A stretch of DNA of 64,000 bases from Oscillospiraceae bacterium (GCA_021629085.1 JAJXRJ010000006.1:6660-70659); one strand, 5' to 3'; shown: positions 28,809 to 38,640, counted from the first letter of the stretch. The notes: a model not told the origin generated them from the sequence alone. Program-made: numbers and translations.

Positions 28809-30140
28809 TTACTGATGTTTGATATTTTTTACAATATCGTCCACTAAATTTTTAATGGTAATGTCAGATGCATAGTCATTTTCAATTTTACTGACGCCGT
28901 GCAGCACCGTGGTGTGGTCGCGCCCTCCCAAAACCTGTCCGATTTTGGGGTAAGAAAGGTCAGTGAGCTCGCGGATGATATACATGGCAATTTGGCGGGG
29001 ATAGGCAATCTCTTTGGTTTTGCGCGCACTTTTTAAGGAGTTTTCGCGTAAATTAAAATGTTTTTCCACCGCATCAATAATCCGTTCCGGCGTGATGACG
29101 TTGTTTTTAACCAAATTAAAATCTTTGAGCGCCTCTTCTGCCATAGCGACGCTCACCGGCTTTCCCTCCAGGCCGCGCATCACAATGAGCTTCTTGATTG
29201 CGCCTTCCAGTTCCCGGATATTGGAGGTAATTTTCCCCGCAATAAATTTTAATACCTCGTCGTCCACTGTGAAATGAAATTGTTCCGCTTTTTGTTTCAA
29301 AATGGCAGCCCTGGTTTCAAAATCGGGTGGCTGGATGTCCACAATCAGCCCGCTTTCGAACCGGGTGCGCAGCCGTCCTTCTAAGGTATGCAGCTCTTTG
29401 GGAGGCCGGTCGCTGGAAATGATAATCTGTTTGTTTGCCAGATACAGCGTATTAAAGGTGTGGAAAAATTCCTCTTCACTGCTGGTTTTCCCCGCAATAA
29501 ACTGGATATCATCAATCATCAAAACATCAATGGTGCGGTATTTGTTGCGGAATTCCTCGTTTTTTTGCTCACGGATAGAGTTGATCAGCTCGTTGGTAAA
29601 CTGCTCGCTGGAGACGTACATCACCTTTTTTTCGGGATAGATGGAAAGCACCTGGTTGCCAATGGCATTCATCAGATGGGTTTTTCCCAGCCCCACGCCG
29701 CCGTAAATAAAAAACGGGTTGTAGAGGATGGACGGCGCTTCCGACACTGCCATAGCGGCCGCATGTGCAAATTTGTTGGAATTGCCGATTACATAAGTAT
29801 CAAACGTGTATTGCGGATTTAAATAGGCGGTTTTGGGGGATGTTTCTTTTTGCGGCATTTCTGAAAACAGCGGATCTGCCTGCGGCACTGTTTCCCCCTC
29901 TACCACTACGGTTAGGGAGATATCGCGCCCTAAAACCAGATAGAGCGCATTTTTCACCAAGTCGCGGTATCGTTCTAACAGCATGGTTTTGTTAAACACG
30001 TACGGCACTTCCAGCACAATTTCATGTTCAGAAATAGAAAGAGGCCGGATGGTTTTAATCCAGGTATTAAATGCGACAGGCGGCAGTTCTTCTTCTAAAA
30101 TTTGAATGGCCTCGGGCCAAACATGCAACAGGTCTTCCAT
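28809..30140 (-). CDS. dnaA: Chromosomal replication initiator protein DnaA
   Basis: AAA+ Walker A (GGVGLGKTHL), DnaA signature and a C-terminal HTH (DHTTVLHG). Start MEDLLHVW at 30140 has a GGAGA Shine-Dalgarno sequence and aligns with typical Firmicute DnaA N-termini. The ORF-track start at 30173 is possible. Confidence 0.95.
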   Translation of the reverse strand: MEDLLHVWPEAIQILEEELPPVAFNTWIKTIRPLSISEHEIVLEVPYVFNKTMLLERYRDLVKNALYLVLGRDISLTVVVEGETVPQADPLFSEMPQKETSPKTAYLNPQYTFDTYVIGNSNKFAHAAAMAVSEAPSILYNPFFIYGGVGLGKTHLMNAIGNQVLSIYPEKKVMYVSSEQFTNELINSIREQKNEEFRNKYRTIDVLMIDDIQFIAGKTSSEEEFFHTFNTLYLANKQIIISSDRPPKELHTLEGRLRTRFESGLIVDIQPPDFETRAAILKQKAEQFHFTVDDEVLKFIAGKITSNIRELEGAIKKLIVMRGLEGKPVSVAMAEEALKDFNLVKNNVITPERIIDAVEKHFNLRENSLKSARKTKEIAYPRQIAMYIIRELTDLSYPKIGQVLGGRDHTTVLHGVSKIENDYASDITIKNLVDDIVKNIKHQ

Positions 30141-30199
30141 GGTTTTCTCCATTCTTGCATTGTAATGAACCAAAAATTACACAAATCATAGATAAAATT

Positions 30200-30300
30200 C
30201 GGTTTTTTATCAGGTTATCCACAAAGTTATCCACTAAAACAGTACTTTTTGTGGATAATTTGTTAAGCGATTATAGAAATTTATACAGATATATCATAAC
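30200..30300. other. oriC: oriC, upstream module: DnaA-box cluster in the dnaA promoter region
   Basis: TTATCCACA 30215-30223 (perfect), TTATCCACT 30227-30235 and TGTGGATAA 30250-30258 (perfect), followed by AT-rich sequence. Confidence 0.8.
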
Positions 30301-30370
30301 AGATTTTCACATTTTTTTCAAGCGTTCCCACAAAAAAACTGCAATTTTATATGCAAACGGCAAAAAAACG

Positions 30371-30400
30371 TTGACAAACCCCCAATATATACAGTATAGT
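30371..30400 (+). promoter_or_regulatory. Sigma-A-type promoter of tRNA-Arg
   Basis: TTGACA (30371-30376), 18 nt, TATAGT (30395-30400), about 30 nt upstream of the tRNA. Confidence 0.5.
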
Positions 30401-30430
30401 ATACGGTGTTAGGAAATTTGGAATCTATTT

Positions 30431-30507
30431 GCGCCCATAGCTCAGCAGGATAGAGCGACCGCCTCCTAAGCGGTAGGCCGGAGGTTCGAATCCTCTTGGG
30501 CGCGCCA
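30431..30507 (+). tRNA. trnR-CCU: tRNA-Arg (anticodon CCU), CCA encoded
   Basis: Hand-folded cloverleaf. Acceptor GCGCCCA/TGGGCGC, D stem GCTC/GAGC, anticodon stem ACCGC/GCGGT with loop CTCCTAA (anticodon CCT), T arm GGAGG-TTCGAAT-CCTCT, discriminator G plus CCA. Confidence 0.9.
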
Positions 30508-30704
30508 GTCGAGTGCCTCGACGCGCAAGTCGCGTTCGGGGTTTTTGCTTTATTACGGCTTTGCGCTCGCGTTTAAGGCGGGTATCTTTTTGCGAGTTAT
30601 GCGTATTCAGCGCAGGGACACCTGTTTCTCGTAAATTTGTATGATAAATGCGATTCCAACAAGAAAGACAATATTTTTTCATTAATTTCTCCTACTTTTT
30701 ATTT

Positions 30705-30777
30705 ATGACATCTAGCAAATGTCATTTTTGTTCTTATTTTAACATATAATAGCTCTAATGACAAGCATAAAATGTCA
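30705..30777. promoter_or_regulatory. Two operator-like inverted repeats (TGACA-N9-TGTCA) around the XRE gene promoter
   Basis: ATGACAT-N7-ATGTCAT at 30705-30725 and ATGACA-N8-ATGTCA at 30758-30777. They flank a TATAAT at 30745-30750, and the second abuts the AAGGAG Shine-Dalgarno sequence of the XRE gene. Confidence 0.5.
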
Positions 30778-30788
30778 AGGAGTTCTCC

Positions 30789-31037
30789 ATGTATAAAAAT
30801 AGAAATCAGGATGGAACGTGCAACCTTTGCGGAAAAAAGATTACTGCGCTCAGAAAATCAATGAATCCAAAGGTTTCGCAAAATAAATTAGCGAAAAAAT
30901 TACAACTAATTGGAATTGATTTAGATAAAAATGCAATTCAAAGAATTGAAAGTGGAAAACGATTTGTGACAGATATTGAGTTAAATGCATTTGCAAAAAT
31001 ATTTTGTGTCACAGTAGATGCGTTATTAAAAGAATGA
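30789..31037 (+). CDS. Small XRE/Cro-C1 family HTH transcriptional regulator
   Basis: 82 aa with an HTH_3-like core (ITALRKSMNPKVSQNKLAKKLQLIGIDLDKNAIQRIESGKR). AAGGAG Shine-Dalgarno sequence 6 nt upstream. The context is very AT-rich. Confidence 0.75.
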   Translation: MYKNRNQDGTCNLCGKKITALRKSMNPKVSQNKLAKKLQLIGIDLDKNAIQRIESGKRFVTDIELNAFAKIFCVTVDALLKE

Positions 31038-31038
31038 G

Positions 31039-31065
31039 ACGGCGCTTTTTAAGCGCCGTTTTTTA
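31039..31065 (+). terminator. Intrinsic terminator after the XRE gene
   Basis: ACGGCGCTT (31039-31047) pairs with AAGCGCCGT (31051-31059), followed by TTTTTT. Confidence 0.8.
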
Positions 31066-31194
31066 TGTTTATGATATATTTTGTAAAACGAAGGAAATTT
31101 GAAAAAAGGTGTGTTCCATTTTCCCGGATAAAACTGCCAAAGCTATAGATCAGCCCCTTTCTAAAGCCGCAAACGCCTGGTGTAAACATTGCTA

Positions 31195-31224
31195 TTTACA
31201 AATTGCCCCAGGATGTGGTATACT
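31195..31224 (+). promoter_or_regulatory. Sigma-A-type promoter (extended -10) of eda
   Basis: TTTACA (31195-31200), 18 nt ending in TGG, TATACT (31219-31224). Confidence 0.45.
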
Positions 31225-31272
31225 ATATAAAATTTGTTATTTTGTAAATTGTTTGGAAAGGAAGTAAGAGAT

Positions 31273-31920
31273 ATGGACAAACACACAGTGATTTCTAAAA
31301 TTAAAGACGCGGGAATTGTTGCCGTGGTGCGGGCAGAAAACGGCGAATCGGCGCGTAAAATATCGGATGCATGCTTAGAGGGCGGCGTGCCGGCGGTGGA
31401 AATGACCTTTACCGTGCCGGGCGCGCACAAGGTGATTGAAGAGCTTGCAAGGGTGTATCAAAACGGCGAGATGATTCTTGGCGCGGGCACGGTTTTGGAT
31501 GCGGAAACGGCGCGGATTGCCATTTTGTCCGGTGCGCAGTACATTGTAAGCCCCTATTACGACGAGGCCACCGTGCGGCTGTGTAACCGCTATGCCGTTC
31601 CCTGCATGCCGGGCGTCATGACCATTGCAGACGTTGTAAAGGCGCTGGAAATGGGTGTGGACATCATCAAACTGTTCCCGGGCGACGCATTTGGCCCCGG
31701 CATGGTCAAAGCCATCAAAGGCCCTATCCCGCAGGCAAACATCATGCCCACCGGCGGCGTGGATGTCAACAATGTTGCACAGTGGATTAAAGCCGGCGTA
31801 GTGGCAGTCGGCGCGGGCGGCGCGCTCACAGCGGGCGCAAAAACCGGCGATTACGGATTAATTACTGAAACTGCCAAAAAATTTGTAGAAAACATTAAAA
31901 ACGCGCGGGCAAAAAAATAA
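31273..31920 (+). CDS. eda: 2-dehydro-3-deoxyphosphogluconate / 4-hydroxy-2-oxoglutarate aldolase
   Basis: KDPG aldolase sequence (GIVAVVRAE..., GGVPAVEMTFT, GAGTVLD, PGVMT..E, KLFPG). Start MDKHTVI at 31273. Confidence 0.85.
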   Translation: MDKHTVISKIKDAGIVAVVRAENGESARKISDACLEGGVPAVEMTFTVPGAHKVIEELARVYQNGEMILGAGTVLDAETARIAILSGAQYIVSPYYDEATVRLCNRYAVPCMPGVMTIADVVKALEMGVDIIKLFPGDAFGPGMVKAIKGPIPQANIMPTGGVDVNNVAQWIKAGVVAVGAGGALTAGAKTGDYGLITETAKKFVENIKNARAKK

Positions 31921-31985
31921 GCATTCCGGGTTTTTTATAAAATACGGTTGATTTCAGGAAAGCATGTGGGAAAGGGAAGAATACT

Positions 31986-33071
31986 ATGGCAAAAGAAGAA
32001 CGGAAAATTGCGTCGGATAAAGTTGCCTCAGCAGCCAGGGACGGCAAGGAAGCGGCCATTTCTGAGGCGCTGCGGCAAATTGAAAAAACGTTTGGCCAGG
32101 GCTCTGTGATGCGGCTGGGCGATGCGCCCATGCGGGAAGTGGATGTGGTGCCCACCGGCGCGCTGAGCTTGGATGCGGCGCTGGGCATTGGCGGAATCCC
32201 CCGCGGGCGCGTGACAGAAATCTATGGGCCGGAGTCGTCTGGTAAAACCACTGTGTCGCTGCACATCATTGCAGAGGCGCAAAAGCTGGGCGGCGAAGTG
32301 GCGTTTATTGACGCGGAGCACGCGCTGGATCCGCACTATGCCAAAAAACTGGGAGTGGATGTAGACCGGCTGATTGTGTCCCAGCCCGACGCGGGCGAGG
32401 ACGCGCTCGAAATCACCGAGGCGCTTGCGCGCAGCAACGCGTTTGACGTCATTGTCATTGACTCGGTGGCGGCATTGGTGCCGCGTGCCGAAATTGCGGG
32501 CGTGATGGGCGATTCGCATGTGGGATTGCACGCGCGGCTCATGAGCCAGGCGCTGCGCAAGCTCACGGGTGTGATCAACAAGAGCAATACCGCCGTCATT
32601 TTTATCAACCAAATCCGTGAAAAAGTGGGCGTCATCTATGGAAATCCAGAGGTGACCACCGGCGGCCGCGCGCTCAAATTCTATTCTTCCATCCGGATTG
32701 AAGTGCGCCGCGGCGAGCCCATCAAGGACGGCACGTCCATCATTGGCAACCGGACGCGGGTGAAAGTGGTAAAAAATAAAATGGCACCGCCCTTTAAGGA
32801 TGCGGAGTTTGACATCATGTACGGCGAGGGCATTTCCAAAGAGGGCTGTGTGCTGGACATGGCAGTGGAATATGACATCATCCAAAAGAGCGGCTCGTGG
32901 TTTTCCTACAATGGCAACCGGCTGGGCCAGGGCCGCGATAAGGTAAAGGAATATATGAAGGAGCATCCGGACTTTTTAGAAGAAGTGACGAAAAAAGTGC
33001 GCGACTATCATCGGGAGAAAACCGAACCGGCCGGGGAAGGAATGCCAGATGCGCCGGGTGCGGCGGAATAA
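31986..33071 (+). CDS. recA: Recombinase RecA
   Basis: 361 aa ([11 protein letters not shown], Walker [27 protein letters not shown]). Confidence 0.97.
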   Translation: MAKEERKIASDKVASAARDGKEAAISEALRQIEKTFGQGSVMRLGDAPMREVDVVPTGALSLDAALGIGGIPRGRVTEIYGPESSGKTTVSLHIIAEAQKLGGEVAFIDAEHALDPHYAKKLGVDVDRLIVSQPDAGEDALEITEALARSNAFDVIVIDSVAALVPRAEIAGVMGDSHVGLHARLMSQALRKLTGVINKSNTAVIFINQIREKVGVIYGNPEVTTGGRALKFYSSIRIEVRRGEPIKDGTSIIGNRTRVKVVKNKMAPPFKDAEFDIMYGEGISKEGCVLDMAVEYDIIQKSGSWFSYNGNRLGQGRDKVKEYMKEHPDFLEEVTKKVRDYHREKTEPAGEGMPDAPGAAE

Positions 33072-33074
33072 TCC

Positions 33075-33698
33075 ATGAAGGTGACAGACATCCGCGCACA
33101 GGCGCACCATCACGACCGCGTTTCGGTGTATCTTGACAAAAAATATGCCTTTTCACTGGAAATGACCGATGCGCTGCAATTTGGATTAAAAATTGGCATG
33201 GAGTTAACAGAAGAAGACGTGGCGCGCATGCAGGAGCAAGGCGATTTTGGGAAAGCGCGTGCGGCGGCGTTGGAGGTAATTGCAAGAAAAGCGGTCACCA
33301 AGAAGTGCCTTTGTGATATGCTCAAAAAACGCGGCTACAATGCGGATATTGTGGATGCGGTAACATCCGATCTTTTTTTGTTAGGCTATCTTGACGATGC
33401 GGCCTTTGCCATTCGCTACGCCCAGGATGCGGCGGAAATCAAGCGGCACGGGCCGCTTCGGATTGCTCAGGATTTGCAAAAAAAAGGCGTGCAGAAAGCC
33501 GATATTGATGCGGCCATTGCCGCTATTGACTTTGAAAACAACGGGGAAATCCAGGCGCTTTTAACCCAAAAATTTCGGGGCGCGGATTTTCACGATCAAA
33601 AAATGAGGCAAAAGGCCTTTCGGTTCCTGGCGTATCGGGGATACACGCCGGGCCAGATTTATGCGGCCTTGGGGGGATACAGGGATTGTGAAGAATAA
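33075..33698 (+). CDS. recX: Recombination regulator RecX
   Basis: 207-aa helical-repeat protein immediately downstream of recA. RecX-like repeats (LGYLDDAAFAIRYAQ..., ALRFLAYRGY). Confidence 0.8.
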   Translation: MKVTDIRAQAHHHDRVSVYLDKKYAFSLEMTDALQFGLKIGMELTEEDVARMQEQGDFGKARAAALEVIARKAVTKKCLCDMLKKRGYNADIVDAVTSDLFLLGYLDDAAFAIRYAQDAAEIKRHGPLRIAQDLQKKGVQKADIDAAIAAIDFENNGEIQALLTQKFRGADFHDQKMRQKAFRFLAYRGYTPGQIYAALGGYRDCEE

Positions 33699-35022
33699 AG
33701 TTGGGTTCGTGTCGCTTGGATGCGCGAAAAATTTGACCGATACCGAAACCATGCTGGCAATTTTGGAAAAGGCGGGCTGGGCCATTACGCAAGACCCGGC
33801 GGATGCGGATGCCATTGTGGTAAACACCTGCGCGTTTATTGATTCTGCCAAGGAGGAATCGATAAACGCGGTTTTGGATATGGCACAGTATAAAAAGCAG
33901 AAATTAAACTATTTGATTGTAGCAGGCTGCCTTTCCCAGCGCTACAAAGAACAGGTGTTGGAGGAATTCCCCGAGGCGGACGCGGTGGTTGGCGTAAACG
34001 ACTACGGCGAAATTGCGCGGGTGCTGGAGGAACTAAAAAGCGGGAACCGCCCGGTTTTGGTGCGGGACTGCGATGCGCACGAAACAAGGAACCTTCCGCG
34101 GAAACTGACCACGCCAAGCCACTATGCGTATTTAAAAATTGCGGACGGGTGCGACAACCACTGTACCTACTGCATCATTCCCAAGCTGCGCGGGCGTTAT
34201 GAAAGCCGGCGGGAGGACGATATTGTAAAAGAAGCTGAACAGATGGCCAAACAGGGCGTAAAAGAGCTCATTTTGGTGGCGCAGGATACGGCGTATTACG
34301 GCCGCGACGGCGATGGGGATTTGCCCAGGCTGCTTAGGCGGCTGAGCGAAATTCCCGGCATTGCGTGGATCCGCATGCAGTATTGTTATCCCGAACACAT
34401 CTCGGATGCGCTTATTTTGGAGATGGCACAAAACAAAAAGATTGTGCCCTATCTTGACATGCCCATCCAGCATGTGAGCGACAGCGTACTAAAGCGCATG
34501 GGGCGCAAAAGCCGGAAAGCCGAGCTTTTGGCACTTATAAAAGCTTTGCGCGAAAAAGTCCCGGGCATTGTGCTGCGCACCTCGCTCATTGTGGGGTTCC
34601 CCGGCGAAACGGAGGCGGAATTTTTAGAACTTGTCGATTTTTTGCGTACGGTTTCGCTTGACAAAGTGGGCGTTTTCCCCTATTCTAGAGAAGAAGGCAC
34701 TGCGGCATATGCTATGGACGGCCAGGTGGCAGAGACGGTCAAGAAACAGCGGTATGAAACGCTGATGGCGGTGCAAAAAGAAGTGTCGCAGAAGATCAAC
34801 CAAAAAAAAATCGGTACCCTGATGCCCGTTATCATTGAGGGCTACGATTGGGAAAACCTGTGCTATGTGGGCCGGACCTACGGCGATACGCCCGAAGTGG
34901 ACGGTGCGGCCTACGTTTACAGCGCCAGCGAATTGGAGATCGGCGGCATTGTGTCCATGCGCGTGCTGGAGGCTGGCGACTATGACGTAACAGGAGAGGT
35001 GCAAGATGAATCTTCCAAATAA
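33688..35022 (+). CDS. rimO: Ribosomal protein S12 methylthiotransferase RimO
   Basis: N-terminal (V/M)KNKVGFVSLGCAKNLTDTE, radical-SAM CDNHCTYC and a C-terminal TRAM domain. GTG 33688 is preferred because it fits the RimO N-terminus. The ORF-track ATG 33661 would overlap recX by 38 nt. Confidence 0.85.
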   Translation: MKNKVGFVSLGCAKNLTDTETMLAILEKAGWAITQDPADADAIVVNTCAFIDSAKEESINAVLDMAQYKKQKLNYLIVAGCLSQRYKEQVLEEFPEADAVVGVNDYGEIARVLEELKSGNRPVLVRDCDAHETRNLPRKLTTPSHYAYLKIADGCDNHCTYCIIPKLRGRYESRREDDIVKEAEQMAKQGVKELILVAQDTAYYGRDGDGDLPRLLRRLSEIPGIAWIRMQYCYPEHISDALILEMAQNKKIVPYLDMPIQHVSDSVLKRMGRKSRKAELLALIKALREKVPGIVLRTSLIVGFPGETEAEFLELVDFLRTVSLDKVGVFPYSREEGTAAYAMDGQVAETVKKQRYETLMAVQKEVSQKINQKKIGTLMPVIIEGYDWENLCYVGRTYGDTPEVDGAAYVYSASELEIGGIVSMRVLEAGDYDVTGEVQDESSK

Positions 35023-35575
35023 AATCACTGTGTTTCGTATTTTGCTCATCCCATTTTTTATGATTGTGCTCATGCTGCAAACGTCGCGGCTGTTTTTTGT
35101 CCCGCCCATTTACTGCAACATCTTGGCGGCTGTCATCTTTGCAGTGGCCGCGGCCACTGACGGGGTGGACGGATATTTGGCGCGCAAAAATAACCAGGTG
35201 ACGGATTTGGGCAAATTTTTAGACCCCATTGCGGATAAACTACTGGTGGCGACGGCGCTTATTTGCCTGGTGGAACTGCAGCGCATTCCGGCGTGGATGG
35301 CCATCATTATCATTGCGCGCGAGTTCATTGTAACAGGCCTCCGCATTGTCGCCATTTCTGAGGGCGTGGTAATCGCCGCGGAAATGACCGGAAAAATTAA
35401 AACCGTCATACAAATTATTGCAACTGTGGTGGCGCTGGTATTTTACGGCGAAACATTCGATTTGTTCGGCGTGTCAATCGCCAAAATCGCCATGTGCATC
35501 GCCACTTTGTTCACCATTTATTCCGGCGTGGTCTACATGACCAAAAACTGGAATTTGGTGATCAATTCCAAATAA
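35006..35575 (+). CDS. pgsA: CDP-diacylglycerol--glycerol-3-phosphate 3-phosphatidyltransferase
   Basis: 189 aa with the CDP-alcohol phosphotransferase motif DGVDGYLARK...GKFLDPIADK. Confidence 0.92.
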   Translation: MNLPNKITVFRILLIPFFMIVLMLQTSRLFFVPPIYCNILAAVIFAVAAATDGVDGYLARKNNQVTDLGKFLDPIADKLLVATALICLVELQRIPAWMAIIIIAREFIVTGLRIVAISEGVVIAAEMTGKIKTVIQIIATVVALVFYGETFDLFGVSIAKIAMCIATLFTIYSGVVYMTKNWNLVINSK

Positions 35576-35587
35576 GGAGCTTCCCAT

Positions 35588-37396
35588 ATGGCAGAAAAGC
35601 AAACCAACATCCGGAATTTTTGTATTATCGCCCATATCGACCATGGCAAATCCACACTGGCCGACCGCATGCTGGAGCTTTGCGGCGTGCTCACCCAGCG
35701 CGAAATGCAGGACCAGGTGTTAGACAATATGGATTTGGAGCGCGAAAAGGGGATTACCATAAAAGCGCGGGCGGTCAAGCTCGCTTACAAGGCGGACGAC
35801 GGGCAGGAATACACTTTAAATCTCATTGACACGCCGGGACACGTGGACTTTAACTACGAGGTGTCACGCAGCTTAGCCGCGTGCGAAGGTGCGGTGCTGG
35901 TGGTGGACGCGGCGCAGGGCATTGAGGCGCAGACACTGGCAAACACCTACCTTGCGGTAGATCACAATTTGGAGCTGGTGCCGGTCATCAACAAAATCGA
36001 CCTTCCCAGCGCGCGGCCCGACGCGGTAAAAGCTGAAATTGAAGATATCATTGGCATTGAAGCGCAAAACGCACCGCTCATTTCGGCCAAAAACGGCCAG
36101 AATATCAAGGCGGTGCTGGAAGCGGTGGTAAAGCAGGTACCGCCGCCTGCGGGCGACGAACATGCGCCGCTTGCCGCGCTCATTTTCGATTCCTATTACG
36201 ACGCCTATAAAGGGGTCATTGTATATGTCCGGGTGCGGGACGGGAAGGTTTCTCCCGGCGACTCCATCCGGTTTATGGCGACGGATAAATGTTTTGATGT
36301 AGTGGAGGTGGGATACCTTTCCCCAAACGGCACCATCCCTTCAAAATCGCTGCAGGCAGGCGAGGTAGGCTACATTGCCGCCAGCATTAAAAATGTGCGG
36401 GACGCCCGGGTGGGCGACACCGTTACGCTGGTGGACGGCGGGACAAGCACACCGCTTCCCGGCTATAAAAAGGTAAATCCCATGGTGTTTTCGGGCGTTT
36501 ATCCGGCCGACGGCGCAAAATATCCCGATTTGCGCGATGCGCTGGAAAAGCTGCAGTTAAACGACGCATCCTTAACCTTTGAGCCCGAAACCTCACTGGC
36601 CTTAGGGTTTGGGTTCCGGTGCGGCTTTTTAGGGCTTTTGCACATGGAAATCATCCAGGAACGGCTGGAGCGGGAATACAACCTCGATTTGGTCACCACC
36701 GCGCCCAGCGTGGTGTACCATGTCATCAAAACCAACGGTGAGAAAATTTCCATTGACAACCCCACCAACCTGCCGCCCGCGCAGGAGATTGACTATATGG
36801 AAGAGCCGGTGGTGGCGGCCGACATCATGGTGCCCACCGAATTTATCGGAAACATCATGGAGCTGTGCCAGGACCGGCGCGGGGTTTACAAGGACATGCA
36901 GTATATTGACGACACGCGCGTGAGCCTGCACTACGACTTGCCGCTCAACGAAATCATCTACGACTTTTTCGATGCGTTAAAATCGCGCACCAAGGGCTAC
37001 GCCTCGTTTGACTACGAACTAAAGGGCTATAAAAAATCCAACCTGGTAAAGCTCGACATGCTCTTAAACGGCGAAATGGTGGACGCGCTCTCCATGATTG
37101 TACACGCCGACAAGGCGTACGCGCGCGGCCGGCGTATTGCCGAAAAGCTCAAAGAGGCCATTCCGCGCCAGCTGTTTGAGGTGCCCATCCAGGCGGCCAT
37201 CGGCGGGAAGATTATTGCGCGGGAAACTGTAAAAGCCATGCGCAAGGATGTTTTGGCCAAGTGCTACGGCGGCGATATCACGCGCAAAAAGAAGCTTTTG
37301 GAAAAGCAAAAAGAGGGCAAAAAGCGCATGCGCCAGGTGGGCACGGTGGAGGTGCCGCAAGAGGCGTTTATGTCGGTGTTAAAGCTGGATGAATAA
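35588..37396 (+). CDS. lepA: Translation elongation factor 4
   Basis: 602 aa ([33 protein letters not shown]) with the LepA-specific C-terminal domain. Confidence 0.97.
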   Translation: MAEKQTNIRNFCIIAHIDHGKSTLADRMLELCGVLTQREMQDQVLDNMDLEREKGITIKARAVKLAYKADDGQEYTLNLIDTPGHVDFNYEVSRSLAACEGAVLVVDAAQGIEAQTLANTYLAVDHNLELVPVINKIDLPSARPDAVKAEIEDIIGIEAQNAPLISAKNGQNIKAVLEAVVKQVPPPAGDEHAPLAALIFDSYYDAYKGVIVYVRVRDGKVSPGDSIRFMATDKCFDVVEVGYLSPNGTIPSKSLQAGEVGYIAASIKNVRDARVGDTVTLVDGGTSTPLPGYKKVNPMVFSGVYPADGAKYPDLRDALEKLQLNDASLTFEPETSLALGFGFRCGFLGLLHMEIIQERLEREYNLDLVTTAPSVVYHVIKTNGEKISIDNPTNLPPAQEIDYMEEPVVAADIMVPTEFIGNIMELCQDRRGVYKDMQYIDDTRVSLHYDLPLNEIIYDFFDALKSRTKGYASFDYELKGYKKSNLVKLDMLLNGEMVDALSMIVHADKAYARGRRIAEKLKEAIPRQLFEVPIQAAIGGKIIARETVKAMRKDVLAKCYGGDITRKKKLLEKQKEGKKRMRQVGTVEVPQEAFMSVLKLDE

Positions 37397-37414
37397 AAGG
37401 AAGGGTTTTATAAG

Positions 37415-38524
37415 ATGACCGGGCTTTATGTGCACATCCCGTTTTGTGAGAGCAAATGCCGCTACTGTGGGTTTTTCTCCTGCAGCGGCATTTTTTATAT
37501 GCAAAAAGACTACTTTGCCGCCCTGCGCCGGCATGTATCCGCGCTCCCCAAAGAAAAACTGGACACTGTTTACCTGGGCGGCGGCACGCCGTCGGCTGTG
37601 GATGCGGCGCACATTGGCGTGCTTTTGGATCATATCCGGAACCATTTTAGCACAAGCGGTGAAATGGAATGTACCATTGAAATTAACCCCGCATCGGCCA
37701 CCAAAGACAAGCTTGCCGCTTACCGGGCGTTTGGCATAAACCGCGTAAGCATCGGCGCGCAGAGCTTTTTGGATGCCGAACTTGCGTTTTTGGGCCGCCG
37801 GCACCGGGCGGCAGACATTATTTCCTGCGTGGAGGACGTGCGGGCGGCCGGGTTTTCCAATGTGAGCCTCGACCTCATCTACGGCCTGCCAGGCCAGTCG
37901 GTTTCAGATTTCAGCAAAAGCGTGGACAGACTGCTAACGCTTTCACCCGAACACGTGTCGTGCTACGGGCTTTCGTTTGAGCCGGGCACGCCGCTTTTTT
38001 CCGATTTGAACGCGGGCAAATTTGCGGCGCTTTCGGACGACCTCTATTTTGAACAGTATGAATATTTGCGAAAAACGCTTGCGGCGCACGGCTATGAGCA
38101 CTATGAAATTTCAAACTTTGCGCGGCCGGGCCGCCGATCTCTGCACAACCAAATCTATTGGCGCGCTGAGCCCTACTATGCCGTGGGCGCGGGCGCATCG
38201 GCCTATTTTGACGGGGTGCGCCGCACCTATACGCCGGATGTGCCAGACTATATCAAACATCCGCTTAAAGAGAGTGAGAAAGAAACCGTCGATCGATCCG
38301 GGCAGATGAGCGAGGCGGTCCTCTTAGGCTTGCGGCTGCTCACAGACGGCGTGGACACGGCAGCGTTTGCCGCGCGGTTTGGAAGGGATATTTTTGATGT
38401 TTTTGGGAAAGAATTGGAAAAGCACCAAAAAAACGGCCTGCTCCTATACAAAAACGGCCGGTTGCTGCTTACCGAGCGGGCATACTATATCAGCAACTAT
38501 GTGCTCTGTGACTTTGTGCGTTAG
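37415..38524 (+). CDS. hemW: Radical SAM family heme chaperone HemW (HemN-like)
   Basis: LYVHIPFCESKCRYCGF CxxxCxxC motif. 369 aa, in the conserved lepA-hemW-hrcA position. Confidence 0.88.
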   Translation: MTGLYVHIPFCESKCRYCGFFSCSGIFYMQKDYFAALRRHVSALPKEKLDTVYLGGGTPSAVDAAHIGVLLDHIRNHFSTSGEMECTIEINPASATKDKLAAYRAFGINRVSIGAQSFLDAELAFLGRRHRAADIISCVEDVRAAGFSNVSLDLIYGLPGQSVSDFSKSVDRLLTLSPEHVSCYGLSFEPGTPLFSDLNAGKFAALSDDLYFEQYEYLRKTLAAHGYEHYEISNFARPGRRSLHNQIYWRAEPYYAVGAGASAYFDGVRRTYTPDVPDYIKHPLKESEKETVDRSGQMSEAVLLGLRLLTDGVDTAAFAARFGRDIFDVFGKELEKHQKNGLLLYKNGRLLLTERAYYISNYVLCDFVR

Positions 38525-38577
38525 CACTGTTCACAGAAAGTTTACAAATTTGCTGGTAAAATTTATTAAAAATGCCC

Positions 38578-38606
38578 TTGACAAACAAAATAAATCGTGG
38601 TATTTT
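38578..38606 (+). promoter_or_regulatory. Sigma-A-type promoter of the hrcA-grpE-dnaK-dnaJ operon
   Basis: TTGACA (38578-38583), 17 nt ending in TGG, TATTTT (38601-38606), directly upstream of CIRCE. Confidence 0.55.
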
Positions 38607-38613
38607 ATATTTG

Positions 38614-38640
38614 TTAGCACTGAGAGGCTTAGAGTGCTAA
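38614..38640 (+). promoter_or_regulatory. CIRCE: CIRCE operator (HrcA binding site)
   Basis: TTAGCACTG-AGAGGCTTA-GAGTGCTAA matches the consensus TTAGCACTC-N9-GAGTGCTAA with one mismatch. Confidence 0.92.

Noticed and set aside
30425-30682. 85-aa minus-strand ORF (MKKYCLSCWNRIYH...) with a very good AGGAG Shine-Dalgarno sequence, divergent from the XRE gene.
   Set aside because: It reads antisense through the tRNA-Arg gene and its terminator, so it cannot be an intact gene. I keep it only as a possible 5' remnant of a lost gene (see the XRE islet finding) and do not annotate it as a CDS.
31921-31985. LexA/Cheo box (GAAC-N4-GTTC) upstream of recA.
   Set aside because: None is present in the 65-nt eda-recA spacer. 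I draw no conclusion beyond the absence in this short interval.
38521-38529. TTAGCACTG overlapping the hemW stop codon, identical to the left arm of the CIRCE element 93 nt downstream.
   Set aside because: It is only a half-site, with no matching GAGTGCTAA arm 9 nt away. It is probably chance or a relic.
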